The notes below the pieces were generated by a model. That model was not told the DNA's origin. It ran no database searches and worked only from the letters and a program-made list of their open reading frames with translations. From Candidatus Methanomethylicus oleisabuli (GTDB lineage Archaea; Thermoproteota; Methanomethylicia; Methanomethylicales; Methanomethylicaceae): 51,725 bases of DNA. Location of the stretch: the NCBI GenBank assembly GCA_001717025.1, contig MAGU01000082.1, forward strand, positions 1 through 51,725, given 5' to 3'. Within the stretch, counting starts at the first letter, position 1. Every line of letters begins with the position of its first letter. Made by a program: the position numbers and the translations under genes. Shown in pieces: positions 44,880 through 51,725 of this stretch.

Positions 44880-45533
44880 TTATTCGAGTTTGCGGTGGCA
44901 GAACCACCAGTCGTAGCACTCGTACTTCTTCGTCCTATCCTTCGCCTCGTCCTCGTTGGTTGGCGCCGGCACAATTACCCTGTCCCCTATGAGCTCGTTC
45001 TTAGGCCAGTTCGCCGGCAGCGATACGCCCTCCTTGTCAGATACCTGCAGCGCCTTGATGATTCTGAGGATCTCGTCTATGTTCCTGCCTACCGAGAGCG
45101 GGTAGTACAGTATCGTCCTTACGACGCCTTCCCCATCCAGTATGAAGACAGCCCTCACCGCCTGGGTCCCTTTAGCCTCCGGCTGCAGCATGCCGTACTT
45201 CGTCGCCACCTTCCCCGTGCTGTCCGCGATCACCGGGAATGGTATCTCCTTGCCGAGCTTCTCCTTGATCCACTCGGTCCACTTCATGTGCGCGTAGACC
45301 TGGTCCACCGATAGTCCGACAAGCTCCGTGCCAAGCGCCTTGAAGTCGCCCGCCCTGCTCGCGAAGGCGTAGAACTCCGTCGTGCACACCGGCGTGAAGT
45401 CTCCTGGGTGGCTGAAGAGGACTACCCACTTCCCCTTGTATCCATTTGGGAAGTCGATTACGCCCTTCGTCGTCTGCGCCGTGAACTCAGGCGCCCTGTC
45501 ACCAATCAGCGGTAGCTTCATATTTTCTGACAT
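44880..45533 (-). CDS. Peroxiredoxin (archaeal Prx6/TDXH type)
   Basis: [38 protein letters not shown]. Confidence 0.95.
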   Translation of the reverse strand: MSENMKLPLIGDRAPEFTAQTTKGVIDFPNGYKGKWVVLFSHPGDFTPVCTTEFYAFASRAGDFKALGTELVGLSVDQVYAHMKWTEWIKEKLGKEIPFPVIADSTGKVATKYGMLQPEAKGTQAVRAVFILDGEGVVRTILYYPLSVGRNIDEILRIIKALQVSDKEGVSLPANWPKNELIGDRVIVPAPTNEDEAKDRTKKYECYDWWFCHRKLE

Positions 45534-45675
45534 TTTTATCCCCAAATATTATTGTAAAGGCTAAAATATAAACCTTAAATCAGCCGACAGCGGGGCGCCA
45601 ACCTAAAATCCCTGCTCGCTAATAGTAAGCGTCGCGGCGGGCCGCCCAAAATCCGCCGCCTGGAGCTTAGCAAAG

Positions 45676-46563
45676 ATGTCCGGCACGCCCCCATCATACG
45701 CGCTGGTCGCCGCCGACGAATTCAACCGTCGGATCTCGAACGGCTATGCCGTCGAGGTCTGCGGGTCACACGGCGCAGCGCTCGAGGTCGCTATCAGCGG
45801 CGACGCCGGTTCTATCAGCGGCCTCTACCATAGTATCGGCGACCTATTGTCACTCTTGGAGTCTAACTCGGGGTGCCCGCATGCCCTCTGGCTCCTCAGG
45901 CAACCGTCGACCGGTGATCCGCGCAGCCGCGCCGTTATCGCCCGAATCGGCTTCATCGACGAGATCGCCCGCGCAGCCGCCTCCGTCGGGGGGGTTGTGA
46001 AAGCCCGCCTGCGTGAGTTCGAGTCTGTGCGGGGCTCCGAGGACGCCACCTTCAGCGAGCTATGCTTCTGCATCCTCACCGCCAACTACACCGCCGAGGG
46101 GGGGATGCGGATACAGCGCGAGCTCTCACGGGACTTCATGACTGCCGGTCGGGAGGAGATCGCGGCCAAGCTGAAGAGGATGGGGCACAGGTTCCCCAAC
46201 ACGCGTGCGGCGTTCATCGCCGAGTCGCAGCCCCTCCGCTGGACGCTGTGCAGCACGCTCCAGGGGTTCGCAAGCGGCCCAGAGGCGAGGGAGTGGCTAG
46301 TTGAGAACGTCAAGGGGTTCGGCTACAAGGAGGCAAGCCACTTCCTCAGGAATGTCGGCTTCAGGGACGTCGCCATAATCGACCGCCACATAATATCCTA
46401 CCTCGCCGGAAATGGGCTGGTCGACCAAGGTAAGGCCCTGACCAAGAGGCGATACTTGGAGATTGAGCTCCTCCTCTCTGCCATCGCCACGAAGCTTGGC
46501 ATTGATCTTGCCGAGCTTGACCTATACATCTGGTACCTCAAGACCGGGAAGGTCCTGAAGTGA
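45676..46563 (+). CDS. ogg: 8-oxoguanine DNA glycosylase/AP lyase (Ogg2 type) with N-terminal extension
   Basis: F.EL.FCILTAN..A, GHRFPN.RA.FI, HhH VKG.GYKEASHFLRN.G, AI.DRH, LDLY.WY..TG.VLK. Confidence 0.92.
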   Translation: MSGTPPSYALVAADEFNRRISNGYAVEVCGSHGAALEVAISGDAGSISGLYHSIGDLLSLLESNSGCPHALWLLRQPSTGDPRSRAVIARIGFIDEIARAAASVGGVVKARLREFESVRGSEDATFSELCFCILTANYTAEGGMRIQRELSRDFMTAGREEIAAKLKRMGHRFPNTRAAFIAESQPLRWTLCSTLQGFASGPEAREWLVENVKGFGYKEASHFLRNVGFRDVAIIDRHIISYLAGNGLVDQGKALTKRRYLEIELLLSAIATKLGIDLAELDLYIWYLKTGKVLK

Positions 46564-46589
46564 GGATGGATGGATGGAGGGAGGGGGGT

Positions 46590-46681
46590 GGCAGAGCCAG
46601 CGCTGGCTCTGCCGCCTCTTCAACGATGCCAGTCACTGGCATCACATAAAATTCCATGCTATATGGCATTATATGATGCCA
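46590..46681. repeat. Cluster of palindromes between the convergent ogg and tRNA-Leu genes
   Basis: Perfect 24-bp palindrome GGCAGAGCCAGCGCTGGCTCTGCC; GATGCCAG-TCA-CTGGCATC; TGGCATCACATAA...TTATATGATGCCA. Confidence 0.8.
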
Positions 46682-46699
46682 TGCAGCAGAGCAGAATAG

Positions 46700-46784
46700 T
46701 GCGGGGAGTGGGATTCGAACCCACGAAGGCCTTCGCCATAAGGTCCTGAGCCTTACGCCTTTGACCTGGCTTGGCAACCCCCGC
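46700..46784 (-). tRNA. tRNA-Leu(CAG), CCA not encoded
   Basis: Acceptor GCGGGGG/TCCCCGC with A73, anticodon arm TAAGG-CTCAGGA-CCTTA, long variable arm, GGTTCGAATCC. Confidence 0.96.
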
Positions 46785-46828
46785 CCGTTCCTACTAATTT
46801 AAAAATGCCTACATATATTCTTACAGCT

Positions 46829-47635
46829 ATGGCTCTAGATCTTCTTCAAGGCATATGTGCCGCCGCACAAAAGGCCATCTCTGCACTGCCGCGTGAGACC
46901 GCCGCGCAGGTCCTAAGGAAGGGCGCCAGCGGCGACTACACGAAGATCATCGACTCCACTGCGGAGGCTGCAGCGGTCGCCTACCTCGAGGCCGCCGGCT
47001 TCCGCGGTCGGCTCGTCAGCGAGGAGCTTGGAGAGAGGCGCTTCGGCGCTGAGGACTACCCGATCGTGGTGCTGGACCCCGTAGACGGCACCACCAACGC
47101 CACTAGGGGCATAAGCTTCTACTCCATATCAGCCGCTATTGCCGACGGTCGGTTGCTGAGCGACGTCTACGCCGGCGCGGTACTGGAGCTCCCTGCAGGC
47201 AGGCTCTTCGCGGCAGAGCGCGGTAAAGGCGCCCTCCTCGACGGTCGCACGATAAGGGCAAACGGGGACGAACCCATTGCCTCGGCGCTGATAGGCGTCG
47301 ACCTCAACGTCATGGGCAACCGGGCAAAGTTCATGGAGATGGCTCCACTCTGCATAACCGCCAAGCACGTGCGCAACATGGGCTCCGCCGCCATCGAGCT
47401 CTGCTACGTCGCCAGCGGTGCGCTCGCCCTCTACGCTGACAACCGGAGCAAGCTAAGGGTGACCGACATTGCCGCAGCCCTCCTTATACTGAGGGAGGCA
47501 GGCGGAGTCGCGCTCGACCTCTCGGGGAACGTTCTTGACTGCCCGCTTGACCTCAAGCAGAGGGTCTCGTTGGTGGCCGGCTCGAGAGGCACCTGCTCGG
47601 AGGCCCTCTCCATAATCGGGAGCAGTAGCAAGTGA
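46829..47635 (+). CDS. Inositol monophosphatase / FBPase family
   Basis: G..GD.T...D..AE, SEE, DPVDGTTN, R..GS.A.ELC.VA.G, D.R...R.TD.AA. Confidence 0.9.
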   Translation: MALDLLQGICAAAQKAISALPRETAAQVLRKGASGDYTKIIDSTAEAAAVAYLEAAGFRGRLVSEELGERRFGAEDYPIVVLDPVDGTTNATRGISFYSISAAIADGRLLSDVYAGAVLELPAGRLFAAERGKGALLDGRTIRANGDEPIASALIGVDLNVMGNRAKFMEMAPLCITAKHVRNMGSAAIELCYVASGALALYADNRSKLRVTDIAAALLILREAGGVALDLSGNVLDCPLDLKQRVSLVAGSRGTCSEALSIIGSSSK

Positions 47636-47819
47636 GAAGCCATGGCGCCGGCGGGAGAGCCCTCTGCCATGCTACAAACTCCATCAACAGGACGAAATTG
47701 AACAGAAATGGAATGGGCTGATACGGAATTGAACCTGAACCTCGACCGTCGTAAATATGCTATAAATCAGAATTCGATCTTCAATCTTTAAATTCGGTCT
47801 TTGAATCCCCCAGCCCGCA

Positions 47820-48074
47820 TCAATCCTTGATCTGCTCAAGGACGCTGATTGCCTGCCAGATGGCCGTCCTCGCGAAGAGCGGCATATTCGGGTCCTGGCT
47901 GCACTCCTCAAGGATGCTTATCGCGTTCGATGCCTTCACGGCGCTCGAGTAGGTCTTCCCCTGTAGAACCCTCATCGCATCTGTCGCCGCCCGCCTTATG
48001 TTCCTCGGCACCCCATTGTCCTCTGCAATCTTCTGCAGGACATTAAGCGCCTGCGCCATTTTATCATCGACCAT
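47820..48074 (-). CDS. UPF0147-family protein
   Basis: [25 protein letters not shown]...RT.IW...S.LE. Confidence 0.92.
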   Translation of the reverse strand: MVDDKMAQALNVLQKIAEDNGVPRNIRRAATDAMRVLQGKTYSSAVKASNAISILEECSQDPNMPLFARTAIWQAISVLEQIKD

Positions 48075-48142
48075 GTGAGCCACCCTTGTACCAGCAAATA
48101 GCATATAATCCTACTTATATTATTTTTACTCGTGATCCAGAG

Positions 48143-48496
48143 ATGGTCGACAAGGACGAGAACGTCAAGAAGATGGCAGACCTACTCAGGGGCGGATCCA
48201 CTATGCTATCCCATTCATGCCCCGACTGCAAAATCCCGCTCTTCAAACTCACCGATGGCGACATAATCTGCCCTGGATGCGGCAGGAAGGTCGTATTCGC
48301 CAAGCCACACGAGGTGGAGGCGGTGAAGGCGCAGGAGGAGGAATCATCGGAGATTGAGGCTATAGTCGTTCAGAAGATCTCCCGGATCAAGCTGAAGATC
48401 GCCGAGAGCGACGACCCAAGCGAGCTTGCCAACCTCTCGAAGACGATGACCTCCCTATACGACCTGTTGAACCGGGTGCGTCGGGAGAAGAAGTAA
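48143..48496 (+). CDS. UPF0148 / autoantigen p27-family Zn-ribbon protein
   Basis: MA.LL..G.TML...CP.C..PLF....G...CP.C. Confidence 0.9.
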   Translation: MVDKDENVKKMADLLRGGSTMLSHSCPDCKIPLFKLTDGDIICPGCGRKVVFAKPHEVEAVKAQEEESSEIEAIVVQKISRIKLKIAESDDPSELANLSKTMTSLYDLLNRVRREKK

Positions 48497-48515
48497 GAAT
48501 TAAGAAGTAAGAAGT
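48488..48515. repeat. Four-copy 7-bp tandem repeat (AAGAAGT) spanning a stop codon
   Basis: aagaagt-aagaatt-aagaagt-aagaagt. Confidence 0.85.
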
Positions 48516-48528
48516 AAGCACCATCTCC

Positions 48529-49257
48529 TTAGGGATGCCTGCCGTACTCGCCGGAGACCACTTCCCTTATCCTCTTTGCCTTCTTGGGACCTATCTTGTC
48601 TATCTGCTGCAGCTCCTCCTCGCTCGCAGTGAAGACCCCCTCCACCGTCTTGAACGCAGTTAGCAGGCGCTTAGCCAGCGTCGCCTCGACGTAGGGGAGG
48701 CTGGCAACGACGTACTCCCTCTCGCCATCCGGAGTCTGCGGCTTCCTCCTGTCCTTTATCGAGAGGTCGTTGGGGGGTCCCCTCTGAACCCTCTTCGCCA
48801 CCGCCACGAGCATCTCTGCTGCGTCTCTTGTGTCTTTCCCGACAAGAGCCGGCACCCCGATGTCAAGCACGATGCTCAGCAGCGCACCCCTCATCGCCTC
48901 CTTCGATATCCCCCGCTCCACCCCCTCCTCATTCTCTAGCAGCAGCAGCGGGCGAGCATAAGCGTCCTTCATCGCCTTTGCCTGCTCGAAGAGCCTCCTG
49001 TCTATTATCGAGCTGATGAAGTCGTTGAGGGTCTTCCTCTCCACAGCCACTTCGTTCGAGACGATATAGTCGCCGACCTTGAGCGCCCTGAACTCAAGCT
49101 CAACGCCGAGCCTACGAAGCTCCTCGACGAAGGGCGTCCCGTTCTCCCTGTGGTCAGCAACGATGGATAGCGCCTCCTTGGATGAGCCCTTCTTGACGTA
49201 GCCCGCCAGCGTCGCCTGCCCTTCAGGCTTCGTTCTACAGGCCTTCACCTTGACCAT
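48529..49257 (-). CDS. xpf: XPF/ERCC4 structure-specific endonuclease, short form (nuclease + HhH2, no helicase)
   Basis: D.RE, GDY, ERK...D...SI.D.RL..Q, tandem HhH; ATG 49257 follows a GGAGG SD. Confidence 0.9.
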   Translation of the reverse strand: MVKVKACRTKPEGQATLAGYVKKGSSKEALSIVADHRENGTPFVEELRRLGVELEFRALKVGDYIVSNEVAVERKTLNDFISSIIDRRLFEQAKAMKDAYARPLLLLENEEGVERGISKEAMRGALLSIVLDIGVPALVGKDTRDAAEMLVAVAKRVQRGPPNDLSIKDRRKPQTPDGEREYVVASLPYVEATLAKRLLTAFKTVEGVFTASEEELQQIDKIGPKKAKRIREVVSGEYGRHP

Positions 49258-49437
49258 AGCGTAACCTCCTTTGCGCTCGATAAAAATATAGCCCCTGTGC
49301 CCTGTTGGCATCATCCTGTGAAAAAATCAGGTCGATGCCAAAGCCGTGCAACGAGCAGGTTTTTGCCCTCATGATCATGGTCGGCAATGCAAATTAAAGA
49401 GATAGGGATATAATCGCTGCACCCCAAATTACAAAGC

Positions 49438-50061
49438 ATGCCCGCTATCAAGCGCGGAATATTCATAGCCCTCGATGGGGTTGACGGCTCAGGGTCTTCT
49501 ACGCAGGCGAAGATGCTGGTCGACCTTCTGAGGGAGAAGGGCTTCGACGCCGTCGCCACGAAGGAGCCGAACCCTGAGGGCAGGGTCGAGCCGGTCATAA
49601 GGGGCTATCTTGCGGAGACCGGTGGGCTGCCTGCGCTGGACGCTCTGCTCTTCGCGGCCGACCGAGTCGACCACTCATGCCGCCTTGTCGCGGGGTGGGT
49701 CGAGTCGAGGAAGATCGTCGTCTCCGACCGCTATCTCGAGTCCTCGGTAGCCTATCAGACGTCGCAGGGGCTCAGCGAGCGCTGGGTACTTTCCATTAAC
49801 CGCTTTGCCCTGAAGCCCGACCTCACGATCATAATGGACATCGACCCGGAGGTCTCGCTCTCCAGAAAGGGCGGCCAGCGCGAGCGCTTCGAGAGCCTCC
49901 CCTTCCTCTTGAAGGCGAGGGCGCGCTTCCTTGAGCGGGCAAAAAAGATGGGCTACGAGGTCGTGGACGCCAGCAGACCAGTCGAGGAGGTGCACGCCGC
50001 GATCGTGAGGGCCGTCCTGCCCCTCCTGCTCTCGGTCACCGTCCTGCCCTCCAAGGGGTGA
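49438..50061 (+). CDS. tmk: Thymidylate kinase
   Basis: P-loop DGVDGSG.STQ, EP, LLFAADR, DRY..SS.AYQ, PDL....D. Confidence 0.92.
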   Translation: MPAIKRGIFIALDGVDGSGSSTQAKMLVDLLREKGFDAVATKEPNPEGRVEPVIRGYLAETGGLPALDALLFAADRVDHSCRLVAGWVESRKIVVSDRYLESSVAYQTSQGLSERWVLSINRFALKPDLTIIMDIDPEVSLSRKGGQRERFESLPFLLKARARFLERAKKMGYEVVDASRPVEEVHAAIVRAVLPLLLSVTVLPSKG

Positions 50062-50136
50062 CCCGCCGCTCGGGACCCTGAGGCGCGCTTACATCTCGGC
50101 TCGGAGCTAGTGCGTTATAGGCCAAATCCGCCAGCG

Positions 50137-51402
50137 TCAGTAGGAGATCCTGGCCGAGTCGGGGATGTTGCCGAGGACCTTCTTGGCCGCCTCCTCAACC
50201 TTGCCCCTCTGCTCTGCCTCTGTGTAAACCCTTACTATGTTGACGAAGCCCTTCAGCACCTGTATCGTCTTGGAGACCTTGGTCGCCTTCAGCAGCCTCC
50301 TCCCGCTGCCCTCCCCCTCAAGCACCGGGACCTCCATCGGGTCCAGGCTTAGCTTGTGGAGGTACGGTATCGACGGCAGCGAGGGCGTGTCTATGAATAC
50401 GCTCCCCTGCGGCACCCCTGCCATAGACGCTACCTCCTCCTCAACCTGCCTCCTTATGCCCTCGAGCCCGAAGAGGCTGCTTACAGACTTGTCCTCGGCC
50501 TGGACCTCCCTCTCGTATGCGCACTTGAGCAGCCTGCGCCTCTCGAGGTCCCTGATCAGCTTGCTCGATTTGCTGCATGCCTTAAGCCTCGCCCAGACGC
50601 TGTAGTCGTCCAGCTCCATGTACTCCTCTGGCGTCCTGAAGTCGCATAGCCCGAGCTCCTCGTCAGCCGCCTCCATCGCCCTTACGAGCTGTATCTGCCC
50701 TGCCCTTGTGGTCTTGTGGTAGTATATGGCGCGGAACGACTCGACCCTTGCGATCAGGAACGCCTCGAGTGCCGGCAGCGATGAGCTGTCGACTGCAAGG
50801 GTATCGTCGAAGACATCCATAGTATATATCAGCCTGTAGATGTCGATCTTCCCATACTCGGCGCCGGTGTGGTGCGTGTCACGCACGAGGAAGTCCATCT
50901 TGTCGACGTCCACCGCGCTCGTTATGATCTGGTTCATATATGCCCTCTCCCCCGCTGCCCTCCCGACCGCGAGATCGGCGATCGCCACGGGGTCTATGCC
51001 GCAGCCGGAGATGACATCCCTCAGCTCCCCCTCCTTGACGATCCACGCCGTCAGGTCCTCGTGGGTCTTATTGAGCTTCTTGAGCAGGATCTGCTCGAAG
51101 GTGTGCGAGAACGGCCCATGCCCGACGTCGTGGCAGAGCCCAGCCAGCCTGAGCCTCTGAAGCTCCTCCTCGCCCATTTCGACAGGCAGCGACCTCCCGA
51201 GGACCCCCGCTAGGTGCATGACCCCTATGGAGTGCTCGAAGCGGGTGTGGTTGGCCCCGGGGTATACGTAATCCGCAAAGACTAGCTGCTTGATCCTCCT
51301 GAGCCTCTGCATTGGCAGCGTGTCCATTACCCTCTGCTCGTCCTCTGAGATGTGGACGTAGCCGTGGACCGGATCCTTGATCATCCCCCAGGGTGTTACC
51401 AT
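50137..51402 (-). CDS. HD-superfamily phosphohydrolase (SAMHD1/dNTPase-like, COG1078)
   Basis: DPVHG, QRLR.IKQL, YPGA.HTRFEHS.G, HD.GHGPFSH.FE, HE, D.DK.D.L.RD, Y.HK. Confidence 0.92.
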   Translation of the reverse strand: MVTPWGMIKDPVHGYVHISEDEQRVMDTLPMQRLRRIKQLVFADYVYPGANHTRFEHSIGVMHLAGVLGRSLPVEMGEEELQRLRLAGLCHDVGHGPFSHTFEQILLKKLNKTHEDLTAWIVKEGELRDVISGCGIDPVAIADLAVGRAAGERAYMNQIITSAVDVDKMDFLVRDTHHTGAEYGKIDIYRLIYTMDVFDDTLAVDSSSLPALEAFLIARVESFRAIYYHKTTRAGQIQLVRAMEAADEELGLCDFRTPEEYMELDDYSVWARLKACSKSSKLIRDLERRRLLKCAYEREVQAEDKSVSSLFGLEGIRRQVEEEVASMAGVPQGSVFIDTPSLPSIPYLHKLSLDPMEVPVLEGEGSGRRLLKATKVSKTIQVLKGFVNIVRVYTEAEQRGKVEEAAKKVLGNIPDSARISY

Positions 51403-51436
51403 GATCCTTCCCGATTAACCTCTGACCTTCATAAAC

Positions 51437-51725
51437 TTATACCTGATGGTCACCGCGAACGGAAACGGTGCCGGATCTGCCATCCACCAAGACCCTGTCG
51501 CCTGCCCTGATCGCCACGAGCGGGTCCGCCTCCATCCTGTCCACGAGCGGCACCTCCGCCAGTATGCACCCCGCCGCTATGATCGCCTCGGTCTCCACGT
51601 TTATGATGGCTGCCGGCGCCTTCCCGTTCTTCTTGAGCTGGTATATCACATAGGACCCCACGGTGCTGCCCTTCCCCTTGGGGAATACGAGCACCCTGCC
51701 CGCCACGCTCTCCCCGAAGAGCTCG
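51437..51725 (-). CDS. DUF126 / aconitase X swivel subunit (phosphomevalonate dehydratase small subunit-like), 5'-truncated
   Basis: G.S..G..LVFP..KGSTVGSY..Y.L...G.AP.A, GD.V.VDG..G.V; runs off the window end. Confidence 0.88.
   Translation of the reverse strand, partial: ELFGESVAGRVLVFPKGKGSTVGSYVIYQLKKNGKAPAAIINVETEAIIAAGCILAEVPLVDRMEADPLVAIRAGDRVLVDGRSGTVSVRGDHQV

Noticed and set aside
47690-47815. ATTGAAC and AATTCG(A/G)TCT short repeats suggestive of a CRISPR relic
   Set aside because: Only 9-10-bp pairs with irregular spacing; no full-length repeats, leader or cas genes.

Overview
This is an archaeal chromosome segment at a contig start; bases 1-33 are an untrimmed Nextera/Tn5 adapter. 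A Cren7-like chromatin protein, a helicase-less short XPF, a splicing-endonuclease subunit lacking the catalytic His and a BHB tRNA intron point to the TACK/Thermoproteota superphylum. A Methanomethylicia/Verstraetearchaeota-like anaerobe is plausible, but that is inference. Most genes are housekeeping: pheS/pheT, tyrS, hisS, metG, dnaG, pelota, NMD3, aIF2-beta, TtuA, MtaB, a SAMP, DGGGP synthase, glnA, tmk, XPF, Ogg, Prx and Dfx. There is also the SRP RNA and five tRNAs (Ser, Pro, Lys with an intron, Gln, Leu). Accessory or decaying patches follow tRNA-Ser (UxaA-family pair, a DUF2299-zinc-ribbon pseudogene, a MITE-like element), tRNA-Lys (truncated EVE gene, attC-like hairpin) and tRNA-Gln (acyl-CoA ligase, bacterioferritin pseudogene). 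The most notable leads are a ribophorin I (OST subunit)-like gene next to a dolichol/polyprenol kinase, an orphan VirB2/TrbC-like pilin, a twin-hairpin ACA-terminated ncRNA candidate between pheT and tyrS, and a tRNA-Pro with two C-for-U anomalies. All family calls come from motif recognition by eye; no searches were run.
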